The translations under genes were made by a program, and so were the position numbers. This document shows, in pieces, positions 28,206 through 41,221 of a stretch of DNA of 64,000 nt (its first letter is position 1; each line of letters opens with the position of its first letter). The stretch spans positions 50,840,001 to 50,904,000 of the forward strand of contig OX597817.1 of assembly GCA_951406725.2 (NCBI GenBank). The letters run 5' to 3'. The notes under the pieces are model-generated. The model saw nothing but the letters and a program-made list of their open reading frames with translations, did not search any database and was not told the DNA's origin. This stretch comes from Octopus vulgaris (Eukaryota).

Positions 28206-29337
28206 TGATATGTGCGGGGTGTGTGTGTGTATGTGTGTGCGAGAGTATTTGTGTATTTATACATATATACACATACACAAACATATATATATGGATTACT
28301 TGATAAACGCAATATATGCTTCTTTGTGCTACTATTAGTTTCATGTGCTGAGAGCATGCTAGACAGTATTTTTTAACACGTCTACTGTCCTAGCACAGTT
28401 ATCAGGCACTGCTCACATGGCATAACGATAGGAAGCAAGAAAAAGCGACAAAGAAGTAATTATAAAAGGCAGAAGGTTGAAAAACCGGAAAACGTAAGAG
28501 AAAACAGGAATACGTAAAACAGGAGAAATTTAGAGTTGTTTCTCCTTACACCACAAAATCAAGATAATGGCGTAAAGTCAATGGTACAGTTGTTGGCTTG
28601 TGGGCCTTTGAATCCAAGCTGCTGCAGTATATGGCATTCACTCTTGAAGGACATATATATGTATATATATATATGCATACATACATATATATAATACATA
28701 TATATATGTATTTATATACATACATACATATATATATAAATGTATCTATGTATGTATATATGTATACACACACACATATGTATGTATATATATATATATA
28801 CATACATACAAATACATGCATATACACATGCACACATAATAAACTCATTAATAGATTATTTTGTCAGAACTTAGTGTGACCTCCAGTTTTAATCAGCCAA
28901 CTCCACTATGACATTATTCATAAATTATTCTGATGATGTTAAATATACCTGCTATCTCTAAATATTTTATCGTTCTGTATAAATTTTTAAAATTCTTTAA
29001 ATTCACTATGCTAAACTATCTGCCTACATACACACGAGTGTGCCTACACATGGAAGTGTGTAGGCGCAGTATGGTTGTCTGCTTCTAAAATAGTCTTCCA
29101 CTTAGGGCAACCAAGAACCGAAGGCAGCAGCTAACGCGAATTATGGTTTAAATAAACCGCCGAGGAAGAGGAAAAATCACACTGATGGGATTCCTCAGTT
29201 TCCGCTTGTTTTTATATCACAAGATATTATCAATTCTAAGTGATACACGTTGACATTAAATCCGTAACTACGTACAGAGCGAAACTCTTAACAAACATAC
29301 ATGCCTTCATTCACATTCCAGATTCGTTGCTAGCTGC

Positions 29338-29435
29338 TGTAGAGTTCTATTCTTGAAGTGTTTTTCTATTTGAAAAATCTAGAAGAAAAATATTCTTCGT
29401 GTTTTTATAAACAAACATTTTATTTTATTTTCCTT

Positions 29436-29477
<42 letters not shown>

Positions 29478-30894
29478 TTACATAAATATTCATTCCTTGT
29501 TTATCCTTATTAAGATACAATACGATTTATAAATGTTAAAAAATTTTTTTTTAGAAATAAACATTGATAATATTTATGTATATATGTCGCAAAGTGCCAC
29601 AAGCCATCAATGGTTATTTGGTTTGTTATACGTGAATTCCATTGAGGTTGATTCGAACATTTCATCTGTCATCGATTTCGCACTCAAACTCGAGTGACTG
29701 AAGACTAACAGAATAAAATGTCATTAGTTGTTCTCGTGGGGTAATTGTGTGCGTATGAAGCTCCGGTTTATTTAAGGGTAATAATATCTTTGTCCTTATA
29801 TATATATTTAAAGGCGGCGAGCTGGCAGAATCGTTAGCACGCCGGGCGAAATGCTTAGCAGTATTTCGTTTGCCGCTACGTTCTGCGTTCAAATTCCGCC
29901 GAGGTTGACTTTGCCTTTCATCCTTTCGGGGTCGATTAAATAAGTACCAGTTACGTATCGGGGTCGATATAATCGACTTACTCCGTTTGACTGTCCTTGT
30001 TTGTCCTCTCTGTGTGTAGCCCCTTTTGTGTAGTAAAGAAATAGGTAATAATGTCTGTGTCAACTGAATGAAGTAGCTGAGAATGTCACAGTGACTTTAG
30101 ATTGATTCCAAGATGGGAACATTCGCGTAGAAACAACCATTTGTTCAGGTCTGGGGAACTTTGCGGGAACAGTTGCCCACGGCAGTCATAAAACGTCACT
30201 AAATATTCCTTCCTCTCTGATTGCATCAATTTCCAACCATTAGATGATGATTCATACTATATAACAATTTTTGAAATTATTTTTTGTGTTAAAGCTGCAA
30301 GAGGTTCCAAAGCATTCTTAAAGTATATTCGTTCGGCAATCAATAAATTCTGAATTATTTGAAAGAGACAGCTTTAGGAATTAGCTATTATACTTACATC
30401 ACGTAATTCGCACAACAGTAAAATTACTGAATACATAGCTAACATAATGGATGTTGTTTCAATAAAATTGAAGAATCATCTTCATGAATATGTATGTGAT
30501 ATTTTTCAATAAATATGTAACAAAGATATATGAAAGATATACGAGATATATGAAAACATTTTAGGATGTTTTAGTATATTTGAAGAACTACTAATGCAAA
30601 TAGATTTAACAAAGATAATTTAATAATAAAAATTGATAAATATAAATGTATTATAAGCGACATGTATACATAAATATTATCAATGTTTATTTCTAAAAAA
30701 AATTTAAAAACATTTATAAATCGTATTGTATCTTAATAAGGATGAACAAGGAATGTGAATATTTATGTAAGAATATATATATATATATATATATTCAAGG
30801 AAAATAAAATAAAATGTTTATTTATAAAAACACGAAGAATATTTTTCTGCTAGAATTTTCAAATAGAAAATCTCTTCAAGAATAGAGCTCTACA
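29338..30894. mobile_element. Foldback-like element with ~250-bp terminal inverted repeats (TGTAGAG...CTCTACA) and a nested SINE B at ~29812-30045
   Basis: 29338-29590 is the reverse complement of 30657-30894 with scattered differences; no TSD recognised. Confidence 0.55.
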
Positions 30895-31621
30895 TTTCTG
30901 CAGAAATCCCGACGCCGTTTCTGCCTCTTCCAATATTTTCTAATTCAGCGCTCAAGTAATTCTGTTTCCCTCCATATTATTTTGTAATGAATTCATTTGC
31001 AATACAAAATTATCTCTACTAATCCACAGCAATATTTTAAAATTCTTGTTGACTGAAGTTACGTTCTTGGAACAGTTAATGAAATATGCAGTCTCCTCAA
31101 ATACGTTGAACTTCATAAAACTTGAACTAATTTTTTTTATCTTCAATCATTAATTTGACGTTGCGCGATAATTGATTTTCAACAATGCACTGCATATCCA
31201 ACATACCTTTTATCGCGGACTTAAGATGTGGTTACCAACGTCTCATTGGGTAATGCTCCATTTGATTTCAAAGTTTATGTTATAAAACATACCTCAAGTG
31301 TTTAGCGAGAGCCCTGTTAACTGGTGCATGCATCATTTAAATATGAAGAGAAATTCGAAGATAATTCTTGACAAGAAAAATTGTTCATTCGTGAAACTAA
31401 TTCGAATTTCACCAGAACAGGCATCAAATCCTATAAGTGAAAAGAAAAGAAAGAAAAGACTTCGCTAAAAAAACATATCTTCCGCATACATGAGTAGTTC
31501 ACAGAAGACTGTTTCTCTCGCTCAGTAAATTCTGAAATTGCTTTTATTGGGAGGCATGTACGATAATAAAATTGTTAAAATTGTTTTATAATTTCACTCA
31601 TATATTCTAATTCCATAAAGC

Positions 31622-32520
31622 CTATATATATATTTTCTTCTTAGTCCTTTCAATAGTGTTCCATGACTTGCTCCTATAGAGTGGGCAAATCTCATTCCTA
31701 TCGTTACATAAGATAGTATCAAGTTTCTTCATGGCTCTTTTGTATACTCTGATCCTTTCTTTATGGCTGTAACCTGAGAACTGCATGCGGTGAACGAACT
31801 GTTGTATGTGTCTCTTTAACTCTGTTGGCTCGCACATGCGGGACACGTTTCGCATTATTATTCTGACGAGGTCTGCCATCAAAATATTGAATTTGGCATT
31901 GTCTGCGATAGCTGAGTTCCGGTGGATCAAGTATTTGGAGGCCATAGGTTTGGCATAGTACGAATGAAGGATTCGGGTTTTATTATTCTCAGTTTCCGGC
32001 CAGAGGTCTGTGTCTAGTGCTGGTAGTCTATGGTTAGGGTGTTTAGTGGGGTAGTCTATTGTGACCTTAATACTCTGGTGGATGGAGTTAGCTATTTGCT
32101 GAATGCTCTCCATAGTATTTATTGCTATTTCAAGAGTACTCTCTTGTGGGGGTGCCTTTACCACTATGTTGATATCACCAACATAGCGAGAGTACATGTT
32201 CACGTGTATGGAGTTCTGTGTCAGGCGTTCCTTAAGCCTTCTGTCCCACCATGCCATGAAAAGTTTGGCCACCTCACCGGCGATACTAACGCCGATGGCT
32301 GCCCCCTCGTCCTGGGCACATATTTTGTTGTTAAACTTAAACCTGTGGCCTTTTAGAGTAACTCTTATACTAGCTCCTAGTGCATGTGCGATCATTTTCT
32401 TTACCTGGTGGACATTTGCGTATGGCTCTGGTCCATCCGCTCCATCTCTCTATATGGGTCTTCCTAGCCATAGAAGTAATTGTGGGTGGTTTACCTCTTA
32501 AACGTCTACTGGGGCAGAAA
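31622..32520 (-). pseudogene. Penelope-like reverse transcriptase fragment, inactive (YVDD to YVGD)
   Basis: Q..GAAIG...AKLFMAWWD, RYVGD, LPALD, YAKPMAS...SA, FSGYS motifs of PLE RT palm/thumb; frameshift near 32390; truncated at a TA run. Confidence 0.85.
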
Positions 32521-32724
32521 CTACTAAGATCATGTTTATCTAGGTATTTATTGTCATATGAATACAAATATTACAGACACTCCCCCCACACACTAACTAA
32601 ACATAGACACACACAGAGGTATACACATGCACAAATGATGACACATACAATAGGAACATAAAATCCAAAATGGCTGATCGTTAGTAAGGAGAGACACACA
32701 AATAAGAAAGAAGAAAACAAAGGA

Positions 32725-32764
32725 CCACTGATGAAGTCACAGGAGTGTGACGAAAGAACTCTGG
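32725..32764 (+). ncRNA. Minimal type-I hammerhead ribozyme, fully canonical core
   Basis: CCA-CTGATGA-A-GTCAC-AGGAGT-GTGAC-GAAAG-AA-CTC-TGG; stem I CCA/TGG, 5-bp stem II, CUC site. Confidence 0.75.
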
Positions 32765-32954
32765 CCGAAATAAGATTAAGTTTAATGTAAAAATAACGCT
32801 GAAGCAAAGTAACACCAAATATATAGTGCGTGTGTTTTTATTGGCTAAACTGGCAAAATGACCATTCCTAAATACAACAATATCTGTATTTCACATCAAA
32901 AATCTTGCAAAACAAATATATAACCGTATATATATATATTGTTTTCTTGTTTTA

Positions 32955-33680
32955 TCAGTTTCAGCTCAGAGTTTAGCCATGCTGGGGCACCGCCGTTCTG
33001 CTACACTGTTATTGTTGAGAGCCTCCTCTGATATGTGGCATTTGGTGATTAAGGGACTTTGATGTCGCTAACCTAATTTAGGCCTCCTGCCACGAGGTAG
33101 GTTCATCTGAGGCTCTCAACGGAAAGTGATAATGTTTTGATTTGAAAACACGTACATCTACTTTGTGTAGGTCGCTCAGGCTCTTTGGGAGAATATTAAA
33201 AAGCTGTGGGCCCCTGAAGCCTAGGTTGTTGCAGTAACTGGTCCTGAAGCGCGACGGCATTGCTGGGATATTCGGCAATGTGCAGTGGCGACCCGTTCTG
33301 GCATTTGTGTGGCTTCCAATGGCAAAATTTAGCACATTCGCTTCCAAGAACTTCCAAATGTATATTACTGCATATCTCTCCCGCCTTCACCCCAGGAAGT
33401 AGAGTCTTTGCTGCTTCAGCATTTCCCAATAGCTGAATTGCCTAAAAGTCCGCCTTTAATTTTACACTGTGTGGTGAGCACTGTGTGGTGAGCATAGCTG
33501 GGAGCAGTAGTCTAGGTGGCTCAAAACGAATGTTCTCCTGAGGATTATCATGATTTACTTCTCTCTCGTTCTGAACGTTCTCAGGATCCATCCAAACAGC
33601 CGTCTGGACTTTGTCGCCATCTTGGTAATGTGCACTTGGAAAGAGGTATCATCACTCCGGCATATCATAGCATGACCCAC
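32955..33680 (-). mobile_element. Degenerate CR1-like LINE 3' fragment
   Basis: GWILRTF...HLDYCSQL...RRERY.VIYIWK...GPQLFNILPK; 3' stem-loop GGCGGTGCCCCAGCATGG. Confidence 0.85.
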
Positions 33681-33859
33681 TTTATCACGCCCCTCTCTCC
33701 TTCCCTCACATATTTACTGTTTTTCCCTCCTCCCCCTCAATCTGTCTCTCCCTTTCCTTCATATACTCTTCATTCTCTCCTCTCTCTCTCTACGCTTCAT
33801 AATCCCTTTTCGTGCATATCATCCTTCTAATAATCCTGTAAATAACTAAGTTGCTCCAA

Positions 33860-34500
33860 TTTAAAAATATTTATGTTTTTAAATTTCGGGATAGTCATTC
33901 CTTTTGTTTCTTGCCAAATGAACACATGCACTCTATATTCGTTTTTCATCTGTTTATTATGGATCTTATTTCATGTCCATTGTCTGGAAGTCTTTCGCCA
34001 CACATCTGTGACCTCTTCGAAATATCTTCCATCACATGTATCTCCTGTTCTGTTTAGTCCATTCTGTATTTCTATTATGTGTGTCCTTATCTGCGCATGC
34101 GTTTGTGTTTGTATCTGTGTGCGTGCGTGTGTACGCGTGTCTATGTGTTTTGTATCTGTGTTTTGTGTGTGTGTGTGTGTTTGATTTGTTTGCTATACTG
34201 TTTCTATCCGTGTCCTATATTTTGGACACGGGTACAACCAGTATAGACACAAACGCAGGTGCAAACGAATGCGCAGATAAGGATACATACCATGGAATGA
34301 TAGAATAGGCTAAACCGAAAACGAGGAAACACATGTGATTAAATGTCACCGAAGAGGCTACAGTTGTGTGACGAAAGATTTCTAGAAAAGGGAGATGAAA
34401 TAAGAACAACAATGAACAAATGAAGAACGGATAAGTCGTGCATGTCTTTATTTGGTAAGAAAAAAATGACCATCTCGAAATATTACAATATTTGTTTCAA
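33860..34500. mobile_element. Two diverged hammerhead-type repeats arranged head-to-head
   Basis: ~33880-34145 (-) and ~34225-34485 (+) are mutual reverse-complement homologs, related to 32571-32880; each has YCGAAGA-GGYYAC...GTGRC-GAAAG. Confidence 0.55.
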
Positions 34501-34640
34501 CACGCGATTTCACAACAGGAATCCAGCAAAACTAATTCATAGACGTAAATTTGTTTTTCTTATCTCAGAATTATCACGAATTTCTACGTTTATAGTAGAT
34601 CACTATAATCTAAAAGAATAATACATGACAAAAAATGAAA

Positions 34641-35037
34641 TCTCTCTATATATAAAGCTGAAGTTGTCTGTGGATGGCAGGTTTGGTAGCCTTCAGCTAA
34701 CACTACCTCCTCCGAGACCCTGCGGCGCAAATTGACCAAAGTTGAGAGTATGGTGGAAGAAGGCTTGCTCTTCCTTCCATAGAAGAAAACATCAAATCAG
34801 ACCATGTTAACACCAAAAATTATTTACGTCAAAAAGGTGCTTTTTTTCTATGAAAGTCCCTATTTTTTACGATTTTTTTACTGCTGTGTCGCCATTTTTC
34901 GGTGTATTTCAACCAGAAAAATGTTCACTTTAAGAGAATAACAAGCTACATAATACAAAGGTTTTACTTTTCAAATATTGCAATTCTAAAGGGTCGAAAG
35001 GAAAAGAAGCCCGAGCAACGCTGAGCTATACTGCTAG
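34641..35037 (+). mobile_element. Non-autonomous Helitron (~397 bp)
   Basis: A|TCTCTCTATATATAAAG start, degenerate GC hairpin GCCCGAGCAACGCTGAGC, CTAG|T end. Confidence 0.75.
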
Positions 35038-35295
35038 TATATATATATATATATATATGATGGTCTATATATATACGTATACATTTGGCGAAAAATGCGA
35101 GTGAAAATGTGTACGTTATCGTAGTGACGTATAAGTACGCCCGTGGGTCCGCGAGCGCACATGTTAGCGTATGAGTATCCATGTTTACGTGTTTACTATG
35201 AACTTTTAATCTTAATTTATATAAGTAGCGGAATTATAACACTGTAATTTCCATTTATATAACTGTATTTTTTCATAGCGTTTTTTCAGATGGCC

Positions 35296-35358
35296 AGATA
35301 ACCGAAGAGATGATGTTGTGGTTTTCCACTTCGGCATCTGAAACTCAGAGTTTTATCT
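35296..35358 (+). ncRNA. Type-I hammerhead-like motif (C4 variant) in PLE-type repeat ~35190-35460
   Basis: AGATAA-CCGAAGA-GATG...CATC-T-GAAACTC-A-GAGTT-TTATCT; 6-bp stem I, 4-bp stem III. Confidence 0.65.
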
Positions 35359-36050
35359 TGACTATTGAATAATTGTAACATATTATTTTATAGATAAATT
35401 TCCTCTATTTACATAATATTGAGGTCTCTTTCTTTCATTTATCTTACCGTTTTTACCAATATATGCAGATATACATATATGTATGTATGTATGTATAAAT
35501 ATATTATGTTATATATATATTATTATATATATACGTACATACATACACCTTTATATTTATGTATAAATGTGCGCATGTATAATGGATGCATGGATGTAAA
35601 CAGATGTTGAGGTCGGTGACCAGGACTAAGAGTATTTAATACCGGATACTGTAGGAAAAAAAAAATTAAATATTATATAAATATAAGGCAGAAGTAATAC
35701 AAACACAAGATACACCCTCGAAGGTTTCGATTCCTCTCTATTCATAGACTGTTGTAGTGATAACAGTGTTTGCTAGGTGAAATCAGTACATTTCCACTGA
35801 CTTTTGTTATTTATTACTGAAATTATGTTTCAGATAGAGACGAAACTATACTTTTCACGTACCTCTCTAAAAAGTACATCTGTGTTTCAAGTAGGCATTC
35901 TGGCTAACAGCCATATTTTTGCCGTATAGTCGGATCGCCAACGGAATACAGAAACTTGCTAATGAGAAACCCAGGCTCATATTGTTGTAATTTAAATACA
36001 TATGGTGATAATGTATAAGAACAAAAACGATTTCATATTTTTTAAAAACA

Positions 36051-36535
36051 AGGCGGGGAGCTGGCAGAATTGTTAGCTCGCGGGGCAAAATGCGTAGCCG
36101 TATTTCGTCTGCCGTTACGTTCTGAGTTCAAATCCCGCCGAGGTTGACTTTGCCTTTCATCCTTTCGGGGTCGATAAATTAAGTACAGAGAGACCAAACA
36201 AGGTCAGACAAAAGGATTAAGTCGATTACATCAACTCAGTGCGTAACTGATACTTATTTAATCGACCCCGAAGTGATGAAAGGCAAAGTCGACCTCGGCG
36301 GAATTTGGACTCAGAACGTAACGGCAGATTAAATACCTATTTCGAAACTACCCACAAGGGGCTAACCACAGACAGGACAAACAAGGACAGACAAACGGAT
36401 TAAGTCGATTATATCGACCTCAGATTATATCGACTGGTACTTAATTAATCGAACCTGAAAGGATGAAAGGCAAAGTCGACCTCGGCGGAATTTGAACTCA
36501 GAACGTGCTAACGTTTCTGCCAGCTCGCCGCCTTC
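36051..36535. mobile_element. SINE family B: one plus copy joined to tandem minus copies
   Basis: Plus head/core 36051-36186, then reverse-complement units to 36535. Confidence 0.85.
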
Positions 36536-37739
36536 ATCCGTCTAAATATTGAAATTACATGTTTGAATTATTTTCAGATGTGCGATCTTTTGCTTGAAAG
36601 CTTTAGTTTCATGTTAATGAAATGTTTTCCGAAATATATTCTATAGCGCTGTGGCTGGATTGTTCACGCTTTTACTGAGTATTCCTCTATTCCGTGGCTA
36701 CCGGTCATTTTGTTTTTGTCGTCTCCCATGGTTTGTGATTTTTTTCCATTTCATATGTCTCTTAATCTTTGAACTTGCATTTGCTGTTTTATTTTTTTTT
36801 CCTATAGCGTAAAATGATAAACTGCCCAGCTATGATTCATTAAGTAAGGCATTTTCACTCATAAACATTTCTGATTTATATTTTCAAATCTTTCGGATTT
36901 TAAAGATCCTTTAAATTAGTTGACAACAGACAATTAGAATAACTCGAAGCAATCCCCTTCGGCAAGTATGGTATTGTTTGTTGGGTTACGCTTGAACTAT
37001 GTAGAGTGTATATTCAGCGATGGTTTTACTTTATTGTGACGGATACAGACAGATATATTGCTGCCTGCGGTCTATTTGTCAGTATCCGCCACAATAATTA
37101 TATTATCAACGTGACTCGCGTATATGATGCGGTTATATTTCCGAGTAACTTTGTGAATGCAGTCTTCAGCCAGAAGGTCTTAACATAGTGTGCATGCGTG
37201 ATAGAGTTCAATGCCAATCTGTGCCAAGCAGCTTTACTCCGCGTACTTTAACCTGTTTTCATCGCACCAGAGCCAATAATTTTTTTAAAATCATATATTG
37301 GATCTTTTGTAGCAGTAATTAATTTACAATTTGATTTTTACCTGTACCGTTTATGATTTTCCTAATTCTTGTATACTTGCCGTTAGAATGTTTATTTTTG
37401 TAATAAATATTGTTTATTTTTGTAATATAAACGTATTTGTTCATAATAATAATAAACATATTGATCATATCGATTTAACATATTACAATATATTGCCATG
37501 TTTCAGGTTCTCTAATATCGCTTTCTGATTCTTGCTAAGTGCGTTTTTGATGTTGTGTTTATACATTCACGTCTAAATACGTCTGGCATTTTGTCATCGC
37601 AGTGATATTTACTGTATGTTTTATCAGGGGGAGACTCGAGAGATTGATTATAAATGAATATGTACACTCACAGACACATACACAGCGCAAGGCAATTTGA
37701 TTTTCAATACGTTTTGCTCATCCAATATCTATCTATCTT

Positions 37740-37802
<63 letters not shown>

Positions 37803-37808
37803 CTGTAT

Positions 37809-37855
<47 letters not shown>

Positions 37856-38093
37856 GTGCGCGCGTGTAAGAGTGCATGCATGTATGTACTATAGTTAGGC
37901 ATTCCGTTTCATGAGGGAGGGACCCACGATGATAGTAAGGTACTCAATTCTCCTTGTAGATGCTAGTTTCATCTATTTAATAAGTGATTTTTACAGGAAT
38001 GCAATACGATAAGTCCGGTAAGAGTCATTTATTAATAGTACACGTGCGCACATATACACGGACGCACACATACAACACACACACACACACACA

Positions 38094-38131
<38 letters not shown>

Positions 38132-38180
38132 AAAACAAGTCAAGATAGAAAATGCTAAAATAATTTTATAAAAAACATTT

Positions 38181-38216
38181 CAGTACCGGTTTCAGTCATT
38201 GAGACTTTTTCAACTG
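38181..38216 (-). ncRNA. Minimal hammerhead-like motif, U3-A8 variant, in a short element between (TA)n tracts
   Basis: Minus strand CAG-TTGAAAA-AGTC-TCAAT-GACT-GAAAC-CG-GTA-CTG. Confidence 0.65.
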
Positions 38217-38362
38217 TAACAATTAAATGATTAAATTTAGAAAAATTAAAAGAAAAGTTATTTTACAAGAATATTTGTATAGTGTTCAAATACAAGTGGC
38301 ATTTTCCTTGTTTCTGCCCATCTCTGTCTCTCTTGTTTACTCTTGTGGGTTCGAGGTCCTTG

Positions 38363-38434
<72 letters not shown>

Positions 38435-38438
<4 letters not shown>

Positions 38439-38742
38439 TTCCTGGCCTTGCGTCGGTTACGACGACGGGTGCTCCAATTGATGAATGGAACAGCCTGCTC
38501 GTGAAATTTAAGCGCAAGTTGCTGAGCTCTCCACAGACACGCGTAACCTTAACGTATTCCTCAGGAAGATTCAGCATGATACACAATGTGAAATACAGCT
38601 ACAATGCATTTTTTCAGCTGAGTGAACTAGCGCAACGAAACATAAAGTCTCTTGCTCAAGGACACAACGCGCTGCGGGAAATTGAGCTCACAACCTTACG
38701 ATCATGAGCCGGATACACTCAGTTACGAAAGCACGCGCCTTC
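38435..38742 (-). mobile_element. tRNA-derived SINE (family D-related)
   Basis: Minus-strand head GAAGGCGCGTG..., TGTCCTTGAGCAAG and TTCACTCAGCTG motifs. Confidence 0.7.
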
Positions 38743-39444
38743 ACTATGTTGCTGTCTTTTTTTTTGTGTAGACATGGGCAAGACTTATAATAAATGATGT
38801 ACCAGTCCTCTAAATTTCGTATTTATTTTAGGGCTGAATATTGGCCGAATAATTAAAGCTTCAAATGGAACCCGTCGCAGTATATTTTACCGTATTCGGC
38901 CGAATGCAGCTTTAGTATTCTTCCTTTCGGAGTCGATAAAATATACTAATTGATGACAGCAGATCAACGGCATTATTAGATACGTCGAACCAGATACCTT
39001 ACAGAATTTGCTCTCACCGTTTTCAATATGTGTTTAGTTACACAAATGGTCTTCTAAGAATAATCCAACAACCTTGTTAAAACAACCACCTAACACCTCG
39101 GTGGTGGTGGTGGGGAGGGCTCTTTAGTGCAGATCCTTGCTGCAAGAATTCGTATTCTCAGTTTGATGGTAGCTTCCTGTCTCCATGTCCCCATTCCCGG
39201 ATGCCCTGAAAAGGGTCGTAGTCATTGCATTTCTTCCCGACTATAGAGCAAGAATATCAAGGTATTCCTAGAATTATATCAGCCAATATGTCTTTCTATA
39301 TTGTTTTAAGCATTTACGATTTGGTTTTAAAGAGTTGTGGCTACTATTTTTTCTAGCAAATGAAACAACTGATTTGAGGATCGCTACCGCCTCAGTATAT
39401 GTATGTATATATAAATACTTCAAAATGTGACCTCGTGTGTACCG

Positions 39445-39825
39445 TTTTTTCCTCTGTCTTCCCTTCTCTGGATCTTTCCTTCTCCTATGTTTCCGACGAA
39501 GAGCTCCGCTCGAAACGTTAAACCCTCCTTCTTCCTTTCTTTCCTGAGCGTCCAGTAATACTATATTTGTTCCACGTCCTCGCGTTGTTGTTTTTTGGTG
39601 TTTTCTTGTTGGGATTAACTATATATATAAGGAGAATTCACAAAAAAGCAAAAGACGAAGACAGGAGGTGTAGACAACAACAAACAGATGTATTAGTATA
39701 ACGCTCGCGAAGTGAAAATGTCTTTAAAGTTTCGAGCCTACGCTCTTCCACAGAAAGGAACGCAGAAAGAATCAACGAGAGAAAATAAAGAATGTGTAGT
39801 GACTAGCGATCTATCATGGCGATCT
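39445..39825. mobile_element. Tail-to-tail pair of hammerhead-bearing short repeats (motifs at 39489-39523 + and 39721-39758 -)
   Basis: Plus copy of the 3291 family, short TA spacer, then minus copy of the 50730 family. Confidence 0.7.
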
Positions 39826-40479
39826 ATTTATAACAGTAAATAACAGTTGGGATAAGGTTTAAGTCACTGGAAACGTTGCGCTGTATGTGTTTATGTTGTT
39901 CTTAGATCAAAACAATTGTAGATCAGCTATGAATGGACAGTATATAGGCAAAATAAGTCCGTTTCACTTTTCCAGATAAGAAATATATTACACATTTTTC
40001 CTTGCATTTTCATGCAGTGATGTACTATGTGAGTGAGATTTGGCTTCTATTTTTGGCACTTCGAACAACAATCTGGGGCATTGTGTTCTAACATAGGATG
40101 CTTGGATCAGCTGTGAGTGCGAGTTAACATTTCAGTGGGTGTGACAAAGTGGTTATATACTCACTTTATTAAAATCACATTCGGGAATAACAATTTACTT
40201 ACTCTTAAAAATATTTTTGTTCTATGAAATGCTGAACGACCGATTAATCAAACAATCGATTAGTTAATTTGTTAAATGGATAACTAACTGACTAAAGATA
40301 ATAATAAAAAGTGGAATGGAACCGATTCTTATGTTTCTCGTAGACATAATGACTCTCCTGGGAGACAACAAGGATTTTATTATTCTATAATGATGTATGT
40401 ACTTGAATTAAAAGATAAATTATTGTTTAAAAATCGACTGTTTTATCTTCAACTGTAATTTTACACCTGTAGGGTTTGT

Positions 40480-40765
40480 TTCTTCTCGAGCCATACCTGA
40501 CTCATAAGGACTGGTTTCCTTGGTGTATAGGTTCCCCACCTGGACAAGACGCCGAGGGTCGCGGGTGAGCGGCAAGATGCAGGAGGACAGAGTGAGAGAA
40601 AATTGTAGCGAAAGAGTCAGCAAAAGTTCGCCACTACCTTCTGCCGGAGCCGCGTGGAACTTAGGTGTTTCGCTCGTAAACACACACATGGCCCGGGCTA
40701 AGATTCGAACTCGCGATCCCTCGACCGCAAGTCCGTTGCTCTAACCACTAGGCCATGTGACTCCA
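40480..40765 (-). mobile_element. SINE family C with 13-bp TSD
   Basis: CTGTAGGGTTTGT at 40467-40479 and 40766-40778. Confidence 0.9.
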
Positions 40766-41221
40766 CTGTAGGGTTTGTGAAACTAAATAAAATATTTCCC
40801 AGATGTCAAGGGGCTTGCAAAAAGTTGGGAATAATTTATGCGGTCTCCTTAATTTCTTCCTTGTTTCAAGTAAGGGCAGTACGTTTGAGGTCATATTGTG
40901 TAATACTGTTTTGAATTAAAGGATTGTTGGGTTTGAATTATATTTTTCATTCTCTGTTGATGCAAAATAAAACTAATTCCCTCGTGTCTGTGGGTGCACG
41001 TACTTCAGAGGAATATGAAGTAGGTGGCTAGATGAAGGATGTTGAGTTTTATATCGAATCCCTTTTCACTACCACCATCTTCAACGCAGGACGCCTGTTT
41101 GAATCAGTTCACATTGGAAACGTCGTGAGTGATGGAGCGTTGATGAAATTGCAGCAACATAGGATGCATAATTGCATACAAAGCAATGTGTAGTCGTTGC
41201 AGTCGAAACATATGTAGGTCA

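Noticed and set aside
38829-38913. hAT-like MITE (TAGGGCTG...CAGCTTTA inverted ends)
   Set aside because: Imperfect arms and no convincing 8-bp TSD
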